DNA from: a virus
Lineage: Duplodnaviria > Caudoviricetes
Reading direction: 5' to 3' (one strand)
IMG/VR virus record: IMGVR_UViG_3300013426_000019
Location: 32,001 to 96,000 of that record
Length of the DNA stretch: 64,000 nt
Shown here piece by piece: positions 30,781 to 41,477 of the stretch (its first letter is position 1; every line of letters begins with the position of its first letter). The position numbers and the translations under genes were made by a program. The notes beneath the pieces are model-generated. The model saw only the letters and a list, made by a program, of their open reading frames with translations. It made no database searches and was not told where the DNA came from.

Positions 30781-32082
30781 ATGCCAGAGAATCGAACATA
30801 TCTTGACCGGGCCGGCTTGATAGAACTCGTTAAACAAATCAAAGCTTACTACTCAGCTACTAATAACGATGGTAGAGTAGCTTATGCCACAGCAGCAGGA
30901 ACAGCTACTAAGGCAGGAGCTCTTGCAGAACCACATACATTCCAGGTATCAGGAGATGCAACAGCTACAGCAGTATCCTTTGATGGTTCACAGAATGTAG
31001 ACCTCAAGGTCACAATTGCAAATGCCTCTACAACTGCCAAAGGCTTAATGTCAAAGGAAGACAAAGTCAAGTTAGATGGTCTTGCTAACATTAAGAGTGT
31101 AGGAGACAAGTTAGCTGTTAGTGAAGAAGGACAGTTAACTGTTGATCTCAGCACTTATGCAACTAAGGATGATATTACAGCTGTCTTCAAGTTCAAGGGA
31201 TCAGTAGAAGATGCAGCTTCTCTCCCAACAGGTGCAACAGTAGGTGATGTCTATCATGTTATGGATACTCACTCTGAGTATGTATGGGTTGATGGTAATG
31301 CAGACGATCCTAACACAGCGCATCAGGTAGCTCACTGGGAAGAATTAGGTCTATCCACAAGCTTGGCGGGCTATGCCTCACAAGCCTGGGTTACAGACAA
31401 CTTTATTGGGAAGACTGAAAAGATTGCTGTATCAAGAATTGAAGGTCTTGATGATCATATTAAGGGTGTTAAGGTTGACGCAGCAGTAACTGCAGATAAG
31501 GTTGCTCATGCTCTTACTGTTGTTGGCCCTGGCAATAGCACAGAGCATACTTATGATGGTAGTGAAGCTCTTAAAGTTGACCTCAGTTCAATTGCAACTT
31601 CTGCATCTGTTGAAGCAAAGGCTGACAAGCTAACAGCAGCAGCTAGTGGCCACATCCTAGTAGGTGCAGCAGATGGTAACCTCGCAGATTCAGGAGTAGC
31701 AGCAACACAGTTAAGTGGTGGTACAATCACAGCTGGTAAAGATGTCGCCGCCACAGATGGAAGACTTGTTACAGGTACAGTTGTCAAGGCGTATGTTGAC
31801 AAGCAGGTTGGTGATACTAAGAGCGCAGCAGAAGCAGCAATTACAGCAGCTATCAACAATCTTGACGTAGCAGATGTAACAGGAGATTACCTCACAGTAG
31901 TTGGCCAGACAGATGGTAAGATCCATGCAACAGCTGGAACTAAAGGTACAATCGCAGCAGAGTCAACAGGCTTAGTTGATGGTAAGACAGTCTATGCAGC
32001 CATTGCAAGTCTTGACACGGCCGTAGGTAAAATCCCAACAGCAGACATTGCAGGTATTGTAGCAGGTACAACTACGGAATAA
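30781..32082 (+). CDS. fibre-like virion protein
   Basis: YLDRAGL N-terminus, ASTTAKGLMSKEDKVKLDG fibre repeat, FKFKGSV..GDVY module, Ala/Thr rich. Confidence 0.7.
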   Translation: MPENRTYLDRAGLIELVKQIKAYYSATNNDGRVAYATAAGTATKAGALAEPHTFQVSGDATATAVSFDGSQNVDLKVTIANASTTAKGLMSKEDKVKLDGLANIKSVGDKLAVSEEGQLTVDLSTYATKDDITAVFKFKGSVEDAASLPTGATVGDVYHVMDTHSEYVWVDGNADDPNTAHQVAHWEELGLSTSLAGYASQAWVTDNFIGKTEKIAVSRIEGLDDHIKGVKVDAAVTADKVAHALTVVGPGNSTEHTYDGSEALKVDLSSIATSASVEAKADKLTAAASGHILVGAADGNLADSGVAATQLSGGTITAGKDVAATDGRLVTGTVVKAYVDKQVGDTKSAAEAAITAAINNLDVADVTGDYLTVVGQTDGKIHATAGTKGTIAAESTGLVDGKTVYAAIASLDTAVGKIPTADIAGIVAGTTTE

Positions 32083-32110
32083 TCTTAGTGACTTAAGGTT
32101 AAGATAACTA

Positions 32111-32132
32111 AGGCCCTTCAAATGAGGGGCCT
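32111..32132 (+). terminator. terminator hairpin
   Basis: AGGCCCTTC-aaat-GAGGGGCCT. Confidence 0.6.
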
Positions 32133-32170
32133 ATTGTTATGGTCACGTAAACAAACTAATTGCTATAGAG

Positions 32171-33670
32171 GTGAACTCAGTGGCAAACAATTACCATTAT
32201 CTAGGACAAGACAGCCTAGCCCGACTATGGGACAATATAAAGGAATATTACAGTAGTGACATAAACTCCATACACATAGGAGACAACACAACAGCCACTA
32301 CAAGAGACATATACTTAGAGGGCACAGACAACATAGCCACAACCAAATACGTCAAGGACTTAGTACTAGACACCCTAACAGGAGGACTAGCAGCAATACC
32401 TGTAGTAGATGTAGAGGTTAATGGTGGATCGGTGTTAGACAATAGAGTAGCCAAAGTAGACATCCCAATAACGGCGATAAATGTCAAAGAGGGCAAGGTA
32501 GTAGTCAACAATAGAACAGCCTACATTACACTACCAGTAACAGACATACGAGTTAAGGGTGAATCAATAGTACAGGATGGCGTAGCTACAATAGAGTATC
32601 CTGATGCCCCAATACAAAGTATAAGTGTCAATGGTAACAAGCTAGAGGTAGTAGACAGCAATGTCAACGTAGTAGTACCTGCAATAAGTGTAGCAGGGAG
32701 TATAAAGGAACCCACAGACAATATCATAGACATAACAATCTCAGACTTAGGAGCAGTAACAGAAGAGGAGTTAGGGACCTTAAGCAAGAAGGTAGACAAT
32801 ATAGGGGCCCAACTAACACAACAAGCACTTAAAGATACAGCCTTAGAAGACTCCCTAAACGTCCAAACAGACAAACTGCAGACACTAACAGACAAGTTCG
32901 GCGTGGCAGAGGGTCGACTTAACTCACTAGCGACATCAATAGGCAAACCTAGTGGCTTAGCAACATTAGGTGCAGACGGCAAACTTACAGGGAATCAGAT
33001 GCCTGATACACCTTATAAAGTATACAACACACAATCCGACTTGCCTGATCCTGGAGAATCTGGTATAATATATGTTGTCAAGGATAGTAGTAAGTTACTA
33101 ACCTGGAATGGAGAGAGCTATGCGCCGTTAGAGGGTAGGGATGAAGAGGCAGACAAAGCCATAAAGGATCACTTAGCTGATTACGACAATCCTCATAAGG
33201 TTACCAAGGATCAGGTAGGCTTAGACTTAGTAGACAACACAGCCGACTTAGACAAACCAATAAGTAGGGCTACACAAGAGGAGCTAGACAATAAGATAAA
33301 TATAACAGATGTAGTTGACTCTCTAGTAAGTCCGAGCAAAGACAAGCCTCTCAGCGCATATCAAGGAAGGGTCTTAAATGGTAAGATATCAGATACATCT
33401 AAACTTATAGAGAGCTTAGGATCTGTACTAAGGTTTAAGGGTGTACTACACAGCTTAGATGAGCTAAGAGCAGTTAAGGATCCTGAACAAGGTGATGCTT
33501 ATCAGATAAGGATAATTAATGATGATGGTACAGAGCAAGACGACAGCGGAGTGGTATATGCCTTCAATGGTAATGCATGGGTAGCTATATCGGTATCAAT
33601 ATCAGACATATCTGCTTCGATAGCAAGTACAGAAGAAGTATATCAAATAATAGAGAACTACGGAGGTTAA
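32171..33670 (+). CDS. fibre-like virion protein
   Basis: VxVNG beta repeats, GLATLGADGK, NPHKVTKDQVGL..VDNTAD..KPIS, PLSAYQGRVL motifs. Confidence 0.75.
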   Translation: MNSVANNYHYLGQDSLARLWDNIKEYYSSDINSIHIGDNTTATTRDIYLEGTDNIATTKYVKDLVLDTLTGGLAAIPVVDVEVNGGSVLDNRVAKVDIPITAINVKEGKVVVNNRTAYITLPVTDIRVKGESIVQDGVATIEYPDAPIQSISVNGNKLEVVDSNVNVVVPAISVAGSIKEPTDNIIDITISDLGAVTEEELGTLSKKVDNIGAQLTQQALKDTALEDSLNVQTDKLQTLTDKFGVAEGRLNSLATSIGKPSGLATLGADGKLTGNQMPDTPYKVYNTQSDLPDPGESGIIYVVKDSSKLLTWNGESYAPLEGRDEEADKAIKDHLADYDNPHKVTKDQVGLDLVDNTADLDKPISRATQEELDNKINITDVVDSLVSPSKDKPLSAYQGRVLNGKISDTSKLIESLGSVLRFKGVLHSLDELRAVKDPEQGDAYQIRIINDDGTEQDDSGVVYAFNGNAWVAISVSISDISASIASTEEVYQIIENYGG

Positions 33671-33681
33671 GGTTAACATAA

Positions 33682-36600
33682 ATGGACAAGGTACTAGGAT
33701 TAGAAGGTGCGCAGATACTATATGATGACAACCGTAAGAGAGTAGAGGATGTTAGGAAGGATCTTCAGAACATTGATAATCTTAAGGTAGACGGCGCCAG
33801 AGTATCAGAAGATGGCAAATACTTATACTTAACATCTCATGATGAAGATGTAGCAGGTCCTTACGGTCCCTTCAGTGGAGGTGGTGGGGGTGGTGGAGGC
33901 TCCGACAATGAAGCTAAACTTACAGTTATAAACCAATCAGGAGACATGCCGACAGCGGTACCTACAGGTGGCAAGTACGTTATCAAGTTATACTGGACCT
34001 CTATAGAGCAGGACATGCCAACGGGGTCAGGTACTATTGAAATTAAGGTCAACAAGGAGACTAAAGTATCGGGCAATATACCTCAAGGAGAGTATCAGAT
34101 TGACTTAATGCAATACCTAATAGTAGGTGACAACAGTATTAAGATTACAATATCAGATATCTATGAGAATGCTAGAACTGTTGCGTTCAGCGTTAGGGTA
34201 GTATCATATAGCTTAGTTGGTTCAGACAGCTTCGACCCTTCGCAGGCTTACAATAGTGCAATACCGTTCTCCTTCACAGCTAGAGGTGAAGGTACCAAGA
34301 CTATGCACTTCTTGATAGATGACAAAGAAGTCTTAACTAAGAACATAACATCAGCCAATAGAGAAGATACAGTTGAGCTGCCTAAACAATCGCATGGTGT
34401 GCACAGATTAGTTGCGTACTTCACAACAATGTTAAGTGGGGAGACTATAACATCCAACTCACTAAGTTACGACCTTATATGTTATGAAGAGGATAATCCA
34501 GCAACAATCATAGCATCATCATTGACAGATATTGAGGTTGACCAATATAGTACAATAAGCATACCCTACTACGTCTTCAATGCTCTACACAGTACAGTAG
34601 ATGTTGAGTATCTTATAAATGGTGAGGTAGTATCAACACTTACCAACGTAAGTAGATCACTGCAGACCTGGGTTAGAAGAGCTGAAGATGCCGGTGCTTA
34701 TACATATACAATAAGATCAGGTAGTGCATCTAAGGACTTCAAGGTATCTATAACTAAGCTCAACGTAGATATCTCAGCTGAGACAAGTGGTCTATCATTA
34801 CACTTAAGCTCTGAAGGTAGATCCAACAATGAGGAGCCTACTAAGAGGAGTACTTGGGAGTATGAGGGTATTAAGGCTCAGTTCAGAGGGTTCAATTGGA
34901 ACTCAGACGGTTGGGTACTAGACAATGAAGGCCACACTGTATTGAGAGCCAAGGACGATGCTAGAGTTGTTATACCATATCACCCATTCGGTACGTCTAG
35001 TGGCGACATTAAGTCAACAGGTAAGACCTTAGAGTTTGAGTTCGCCACAAGCAGTGTCTTCGATTACGATACACCTATTATAAGTTGCTTAAGTGGTGGC
35101 AAGGGGTTCCAGATTACAGCTCAACAAGCGTTGTTTGCCTCTAACGTTAGCTCCTTAAAGACACAGTATAAAGAGAATGAGCATGTTAGAATCTCGTTTG
35201 TTATTAACAATATAAGTAACAACAGACTCATATACTGCTACATTAATGGTATTATATCTGGCCTTATAACATACCCTGTTACTGATATATTCTATCAGAA
35301 CCCTGAAGTAGATATAACAATAGGCTCAGCAGATGCAGTCGTAGATGTCTACAGAATTAGAATATATGACAGAGCTCTAAGCAGGTTCCAGGTTGTAAAT
35401 AACTGGATTGCAGATATGCAGGATGGTGCTAAGTTACTTGAAGAGTATAGGCGCAATACAATATACGACGACAATGATAACTTATCTCTTGATCTAATTA
35501 AGACACACCTACCTACTCTACCTTATATAGTAGTATACACGGATGAGGTAACAGACAAGAAGGGTAACTTGGTAGGGCACTTACCTACCTACAAAGGAGA
35601 GAAGTTACTAGTAAGTGGCTATTATGTAGACCCAGTTAATCCTCAAAACTCCTTCAGTTGGAAGAACGGAGAGATAGACGTACAGGGTACCTCATCACAG
35701 GCATATCCTATTAAGAACTTCAAACTTAAGATCAAACGAGCAGATACTTATGAGGACGAGACAACTCGTAAGCCTACAGACTGCTCCGGGTTCATTATGA
35801 CTCAATTATCTGAAGAAGAAGGTAAGGAACATACAGAGAAGAAGTATCCTCTAAGAGGTTATGATGAGAGTGGCAAAGCCTTATCCATTAAGGAGAACAC
35901 GTTTGTCTTCAAGGCAGACTACGCATCTTCTGAAGGTTGTAACAACGTCGAGTTAGTAAGGTTCTACAACGATGTATGTACACAATATGTATATCCAACA
36001 CCCCCACAGCAGAAGGATAAGAAGATCCGTCAAGGCATAGACGGCTTCCCAATGGTATGGTTTGAGGTTAAGGGTGGCGAAGTTAAGTTTATAGGTAAGT
36101 ACAACTTCAACAACCACAAAGGTACAGAAGATACATATGGCCTAAGCTATGGAGGTGAGACCTTTGAAGAGACAGCAGAGAGTGATTATTATAGATCAAT
36201 AGTAGGTGCACCTGATGAATCTTGGGAAGTTACAGATAATAACAATCTTATAACATTGTGGAGAAGAGTAGCGGGAGATGCTACTAAGACGACTATAACA
36301 GACTCTGCGGGCAGACCTACAACTTATGATGTATATATCTCAGGAGATAACTTTGAGTTAGTTAAGACAAGATCTCTGGAAGCTATATACTTAGGTAGCA
36401 GTAGTAGCATAGATAAGAACGAGTATCCTAAGTACACTACATGGGCAACTGAATGGCAGAAGACTTATACAGACCTAAACAGCTGGATTACAGGCTACGC
36501 CCTGACAAGTATATATGATGCAGGTGAAGGATTAGACGATGAGACTAAAGCTCAGCGAGACCTTATAATACTCACAATGAAGAAGGATATAAGAGACTTG

Positions 36601-39600
36601 TTCAGTCTTACTGAAGTAAGTTCTCCAATAAGCCCTGAAGAAGATATGCTAGGTGAGTGGGGTAAAGGTGAAGCGGTAGCACATGCCTTTGAGGTCAGAT
36701 TCCCAGGAGAATGGTACGATGCCCACACAGAGGGTCAGCCTGAAGTAGTTAAGGTAGATAGGTTTGTTGCCTTGCAGAAGTGGGTAGTATCTACAGATCC
36801 TAATAAAGTAACAAATGAGAAGTTAGAGAAGCCAGTAACTTACGCGGGCACAACTTACGACGTAGATAACGAAGCCTATAGATTAGCTAAGTTCAAGAAT
36901 GAGTTAGGCTTATACTTCGATATTGAAGATACCTTGTTCTATTATATATACACAGAGTTGTTCCTGATGATTGACTCTCGTGTCAAGAACTCATTCCCAA
37001 CATACTACTCAATCAATCATGATGTTCAGGCCTTTGAAGCTACCACAGGAGAACCTCTATATGAGGAATGTGGTAAGAAGGATGTAATTGAAGAAGGTAA
37101 GTCCTACTTCAAATACACAGAGTCAGAAGACGGCAATGTAACATATGAGCCATTTGAAGGCAATATAGGAGATAGCGCAGTAGACAGCGATGGTAACAAG
37201 CTCTACACTTATATGATGACTCAAGCGGAGACTCTGGATAAGAATGGTTGGCCACTAGGTAGATGGTGTTGGTTGCCGTATGATATGGATACTGGTATAG
37301 GTATCAATAACGAAGGATTACTTGTCTTCGATTACAGCTTAGAAGATACTGAAGCCTTAATAGGTGATAGAGTAGTCAAGATAGGAACACCAGGCAGTGA
37401 AGATGGCGTACCTGTATTCAATGGTGCATCCTCGGTACTGTGGAATAATGTCAGGAAGTGCTTCTCAAGTGAGATAGCCGATAGATATGTAACACTGCGA
37501 GGCGGTGCTATGTTCAATTATGACACTATTGAGAAGAGATACGAAGATCACCAGTATATGTGGCCTGCAGCAATCTTCAACGAAGATGCATATTATAAGT
37601 ATATCCTACCACTCCTAACAACAGGTGAAGACAGATTAGGTATGTGCTTAGGATCTAAAGAGCAACAGCGCAAGTGGTGGATGTTCAATAGATTCAGGTT
37701 CTTGGATAGTAAGTACGTAGCAGGCGATGCAGTCAACAGTAGAATCAGCTTCAGAGTTAACGACTTAGCAGGAGACAAGACAATCAGAATCACACCTTAC
37801 ATAGACCTCTACGTTAAGGTTAAGCAAGGTGAGGCCTGGGAATCTACCCCTACTAAGGTATACAGAAACAAAGAGTTACCCGTATATATCAACGTACCAG
37901 AAGCAGGAGACACTGAAGCCTACATATACTCAGCTGATCAGATTAAGGAGATCAAGGGTCTTAACCAGAGCCTACATATAAGTACACTGGATATCTCTAA
38001 GGCAGTTAACCTACAACATCTAGACGTGTCCTCTACAGATAGTGTTAAGGGTAATACAACACTAGCACAGCTAGCAGTGGGAGCTAATACACTACTTAGA
38101 AGTATAGATGCCCGCAATTGCAGAGTATTAGGGGATATATCTCAGAAATACTTCACAACAGTAGTAGACTTATCTCAGTGTGAACAATTAGAAGAGGCCT
38201 ACTTCAATGGTACTAAGTTAGCAACAGTTATGTTACCTGAAGGAGGCAGACTTAGAACAGTATATCTACCATCCTCGATAACAACACTCAACATTGAGAA
38301 CCAGGGTAAGATCAAAGATATACAGATCCTAGACTTTGATGGTAATTGGGATACATCTAACATTGAGACTCTTATTATAGACAACGTCAATACTGAGGTG
38401 CAGTTAATAGCCCTAGATATTATACATACTCTAAAGTCAGGCAGCTTTGTTAAGTTCAGAGGGTTCGATATAACCTTAGACTCTAAAGATAAGTTCACAG
38501 AGTTCATAGATAAGTTGTTTGAGTTGAGAGGTGAAGGTGGTACAGATGTTAATGTTGCAAATATCCAGGGTACAATACATCTCAAGACAACTGAAGTAAT
38601 TGACTATGCTTACTACAAGAGAACAATAGATAGATTCAAGGACCTTATAATAGATGCAGAAGTAGCTAAGACAGTGCAGTTCTACAACTACGACGGCACA
38701 GTTAAGCTAGATACTCAGGTATCAACAGATAACTCAGCTGCTACAGGAAGAGTAGAGTACAAAGGTGAAGCACCAACCAAGCCAGATACAGTTAAAATAC
38801 ACTATGTCTTCGACGGCTGGACCTTAACTCCAGGTGGTGCCTTGGAGGAAGATATCCTAGATAATATAACAGGAGATCTTATAGTATATGCTCACTTCAA
38901 GGAGATCCCAATATATTATGTCAACTTCTACAACTATGATGGTACAGTTAAATACCACACAGGTTACACTTATGATGTGGGAGATGTTGAATATAAAGGA
39001 GATAAACCTGCGTATAACGATGAGAAGTTTGGAACAGTAGAGTTTATGGGCTGGGGCACTGTAAAGTATGGTAGTGCAAATCTAATCTATGAATCTGGCA
39101 AGATTAGAGGCGTAGATAGAGACATCGAAGCTTATGCCATAATGAACTGGCCAATTATATCGTTTGAGGTAACCAAGAACCCCGACAGGCTTAACTATTG
39201 GCCTCGCAAAGAGGAGAATGGCGAGGTACTATATGAAGGTGACTACATAGACTTAGAAGGCATAGAGGTAACATCTGTTAAGTCAACTCCTAGTGGTAAT
39301 CAAGAAGCTCAACTATTGTCTTACGATTATGAGCCTAAAACAAGACTTACCACGGATAATCACACCATTACAATATCTACTAGAGGTAGAATAGAGGGTG
39401 CTGACACAACAATAGAGAGAACTCTCAATATTGGCCTAGCAGTAAGCAGCAGACTCATGAGGGAGGCTGACAGATCCGTGTTCTTCTTAGAGGATGATTG
39501 GGATCCAGAAGGCATGGAGGTTGAATATACCTTCGATAACAGTGAGACTGAGTTAGTCCACATACCTGCTAAGACTGAAGGAGTATGCAGTTGGGTACCT

Positions 39601-40788
39601 GAGAAGATCACTGAGGTAGGCTGGAAGGGCATAGAGGTTAACTACAAAGGCTTCAAGACAATGACAAGGGCATTTGGCGTTAAGAACATAGGTAATCTTA
39701 ATGAGACGGATTGGGAGACAATCTCAGCTGTATCTCAGGCAGGTCTAGCAGCTAACTGGTGGAGTATTGGCGACACCAAGACAGTGTACCTTAAGGCGCC
39801 TAATGAGATAGGTTACAAAGAGACAACAGCCTGGCAAGGAGGGCTCAACACCTACAGGATTATAGCGTTCGATCATAACATGGATGTAGAGAGTCCTAAT
39901 AGACACACCATCACCTTTGCATTAGCAACAAGTTCAATGGACGTATACGACTATACGATAGTAGATAAGTTACCTGATAAGTTAGAAGGGGAGGAGGGGT
40001 CTAGAAAGACGTATGCAATATCCAAGGATGAGATAGGACAGTACTACGACTTATATTATTATAATAACAGCACAGAGTTCGAGGTATCTAAACACTATAT
40101 AGGTAGAGCAGAGTGCTTGAGTGGATATAATGGCAAGAAGATCATGAGAGTAGAGTTAGAGGTAGCTCATGCAGGGGGTATGATGTCTACACCTAATGAT
40201 GGTAGTGAATACAGTGGTGTTAAGTATAGCTGGGGTAAGGGATGTAATCTCAGAGAGATATGCAAGAAGTACCCTGAAGCGATGCCTAAGGATATGCAAG
40301 CAGTCCTCATAGATGTAGTTAAGAGTCAGAGAGACACGGCGCTTGAAGAGTATCCTTGGCCATTAGATGCAGCATCCTCTAATCGTTGGGACTTCAGCAC
40401 TAAGATAAGAACCCAGTATGACAGGGTATATATAGCAAGTTGGATGGAGTTAACAGGTTCTGGTAGGAGTAATCTAATGTCAGCAACACCTCCTGGACTA
40501 ACAACAATACAGGGGGCAGATGAGTCCGAATGTTGCAAGCAGTTTGAGTACTACAAGAACGGGGGTTCTACTCTGAGACTTAAGTTCGGCCAGTTAGGTA
40601 CTACAGTATATGCAACGTCTTACCCAACTAGATCTTATGAAGCGTTCAGATGGATACCAGCTTATCTGTCTACACCAGAATACTTCTCAAATTACTATGC
40701 TTGGGTAGGTTATGATGGCGACTTACAGAACTATATATGGTCAACAACAGATGCGACTGCTCCGTTTGTGCCAATCTATACTGTATAA
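33682..40788 (+). CDS. giant virion/tail protein with Ig-like, LamG-like, CotH-kinase-like, LRR-like and DUF6273-like regions
   Basis: DVYRIRIYDRALS (LamG-like); QGTSSQAYPIKNFK, IDSRVKN, PYDMDT (CotH-like); FYNYDGTV..FDGW repeats; WETISAVS..IGDTKTV..IIAFDH. Confidence 0.7.
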   Translation: MDKVLGLEGAQILYDDNRKRVEDVRKDLQNIDNLKVDGARVSEDGKYLYLTSHDEDVAGPYGPFSGGGGGGGGSDNEAKLTVINQSGDMPTAVPTGGKYVIKLYWTSIEQDMPTGSGTIEIKVNKETKVSGNIPQGEYQIDLMQYLIVGDNSIKITISDIYENARTVAFSVRVVSYSLVGSDSFDPSQAYNSAIPFSFTARGEGTKTMHFLIDDKEVLTKNITSANREDTVELPKQSHGVHRLVAYFTTMLSGETITSNSLSYDLICYEEDNPATIIASSLTDIEVDQYSTISIPYYVFNALHSTVDVEYLINGEVVSTLTNVSRSLQTWVRRAEDAGAYTYTIRSGSASKDFKVSITKLNVDISAETSGLSLHLSSEGRSNNEEPTKRSTWEYEGIKAQFRGFNWNSDGWVLDNEGHTVLRAKDDARVVIPYHPFGTSSGDIKSTGKTLEFEFATSSVFDYDTPIISCLSGGKGFQITAQQALFASNVSSLKTQYKENEHVRISFVINNISNNRLIYCYINGIISGLITYPVTDIFYQNPEVDITIGSADAVVDVYRIRIYDRALSRFQVVNNWIADMQDGAKLLEEYRRNTIYDDNDNLSLDLIKTHLPTLPYIVVYTDEVTDKKGNLVGHLPTYKGEKLLVSGYYVDPVNPQNSFSWKNGEIDVQGTSSQAYPIKNFKLKIKRADTYEDETTRKPTDCSGFIMTQLSEEEGKEHTEKKYPLRGYDESGKALSIKENTFVFKADYASSEGCNNVELVRFYNDVCTQYVYPTPPQQKDKKIRQGIDGFPMVWFEVKGGEVKFIGKYNFNNHKGTEDTYGLSYGGETFEETAESDYYRSIVGAPDESWEVTDNNNLITLWRRVAGDATKTTITDSAGRPTTYDVYISGDNFELVKTRSLEAIYLGSSSSIDKNEYPKYTTWATEWQKTYTDLNSWITGYALTSIYDAGEGLDDETKAQRDLIILTMKKDIRDLFSLTEVSSPISPEEDMLGEWGKGEAVAHAFEVRFPGEWYDAHTEGQPEVVKVDRFVALQKWVVSTDPNKVTNEKLEKPVTYAGTTYDVDNEAYRLAKFKNELGLYFDIEDTLFYYIYTELFLMIDSRVKNSFPTYYSINHDVQAFEATTGEPLYEECGKKDVIEEGKSYFKYTESEDGNVTYEPFEGNIGDSAVDSDGNKLYTYMMTQAETLDKNGWPLGRWCWLPYDMDTGIGINNEGLLVFDYSLEDTEALIGDRVVKIGTPGSEDGVPVFNGASSVLWNNVRKCFSSEIADRYVTLRGGAMFNYDTIEKRYEDHQYMWPAAIFNEDAYYKYILPLLTTGEDRLGMCLGSKEQQRKWWMFNRFRFLDSKYVAGDAVNSRISFRVNDLAGDKTIRITPYIDLYVKVKQGEAWESTPTKVYRNKELPVYINVPEAGDTEAYIYSADQIKEIKGLNQSLHISTLDISKAVNLQHLDVSSTDSVKGNTTLAQLAVGANTLLRSIDARNCRVLGDISQKYFTTVVDLSQCEQLEEAYFNGTKLATVMLPEGGRLRTVYLPSSITTLNIENQGKIKDIQILDFDGNWDTSNIETLIIDNVNTEVQLIALDIIHTLKSGSFVKFRGFDITLDSKDKFTEFIDKLFELRGEGGTDVNVANIQGTIHLKTTEVIDYAYYKRTIDRFKDLIIDAEVAKTVQFYNYDGTVKLDTQVSTDNSAATGRVEYKGEAPTKPDTVKIHYVFDGWTLTPGGALEEDILDNITGDLIVYAHFKEIPIYYVNFYNYDGTVKYHTGYTYDVGDVEYKGDKPAYNDEKFGTVEFMGWGTVKYGSANLIYESGKIRGVDRDIEAYAIMNWPIISFEVTKNPDRLNYWPRKEENGEVLYEGDYIDLEGIEVTSVKSTPSGNQEAQLLSYDYEPKTRLTTDNHTITISTRGRIEGADTTIERTLNIGLAVSSRLMREADRSVFFLEDDWDPEGMEVEYTFDNSETELVHIPAKTEGVCSWVPEKITEVGWKGIEVNYKGFKTMTRAFGVKNIGNLNETDWETISAVSQAGLAANWWSIGDTKTVYLKAPNEIGYKETTAWQGGLNTYRIIAFDHNMDVESPNRHTITFALATSSMDVYDYTIVDKLPDKLEGEEGSRKTYAISKDEIGQYYDLYYYNNSTEFEVSKHYIGRAECLSGYNGKKIMRVELEVAHAGGMMSTPNDGSEYSGVKYSWGKGCNLREICKKYPEAMPKDMQAVLIDVVKSQRDTALEEYPWPLDAASSNRWDFSTKIRTQYDRVYIASWMELTGSGRSNLMSATPPGLTTIQGADESECCKQFEYYKNGGSTLRLKFGQLGTTVYATSYPTRSYEAFRWIPAYLSTPEYFSNYYAWVGYDGDLQNYIWSTTDATAPFVPIYTV

Positions 40789-40803
40789 GAGGAGAAGAGA
40801 TTA

Positions 40804-41265
40804 ATGGACTATTATATATGTGTCAAGACTTATGAAGGTAGGGATCTAACGGGCAAGAAGGTTACAATACCAATTGGTTCGAGATTAGAGGCTAAGGGAG
40901 ACTTCCTGTATTGGGAGTCTATCCCCCTATGTACCTGGCGAAGTGACGTAGCTAAGAAGAACTTTGTGTGGGATGATAACTTCGAGTTAAGGGTATGGTA
41001 TCAGAATACAATCCTAGATGGAGACAGAGTAAGGACCTGGATTGAGAGGGTACCTAACTACGATGATAAGGGTAGAATTATAGGTACAAGAGAGGTTATA
41101 ATGCATGGCCCTTATAAACCAGAAGAGGTACTCTATATTAAAGAGCATTACCCTGACTTGGTACAGGCCGGTGAGGTTATAAACTACAGTGATGGGTTCT
41201 ACAAAGCTAGTATAGATAGATTAGAATCATTGGCTGAATATTGCAAGAGTATTGTGAACACTTAA
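40804..41265 (+). CDS. hypothetical protein
   Basis: ORF with GAGGAG RBS after the giant tail gene. Confidence 0.65.
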   Translation: MDYYICVKTYEGRDLTGKKVTIPIGSRLEAKGDFLYWESIPLCTWRSDVAKKNFVWDDNFELRVWYQNTILDGDRVRTWIERVPNYDDKGRIIGTREVIMHGPYKPEEVLYIKEHYPDLVQAGEVINYSDGFYKASIDRLESLAEYCKSIVNT

Positions 41266-41477
41266 GGTTATATTAGATAATAGAAGATGCAAGTGAGGAG
41301 GTCATACTCTCTGTCTTAAAATAGAGGGGACCTCTTAACCACACTAATTAAATGAATAAATCTTGGACGATATTGCCTTAAGTTAAAGTGAATCAATTAT
41401 GTTAAGTTTGGGAGGCTCTAAGATTAAATAAGGAGCCTCTTAGTTATTAAAGCAATATCATTAGGGAGATAAAAAAA

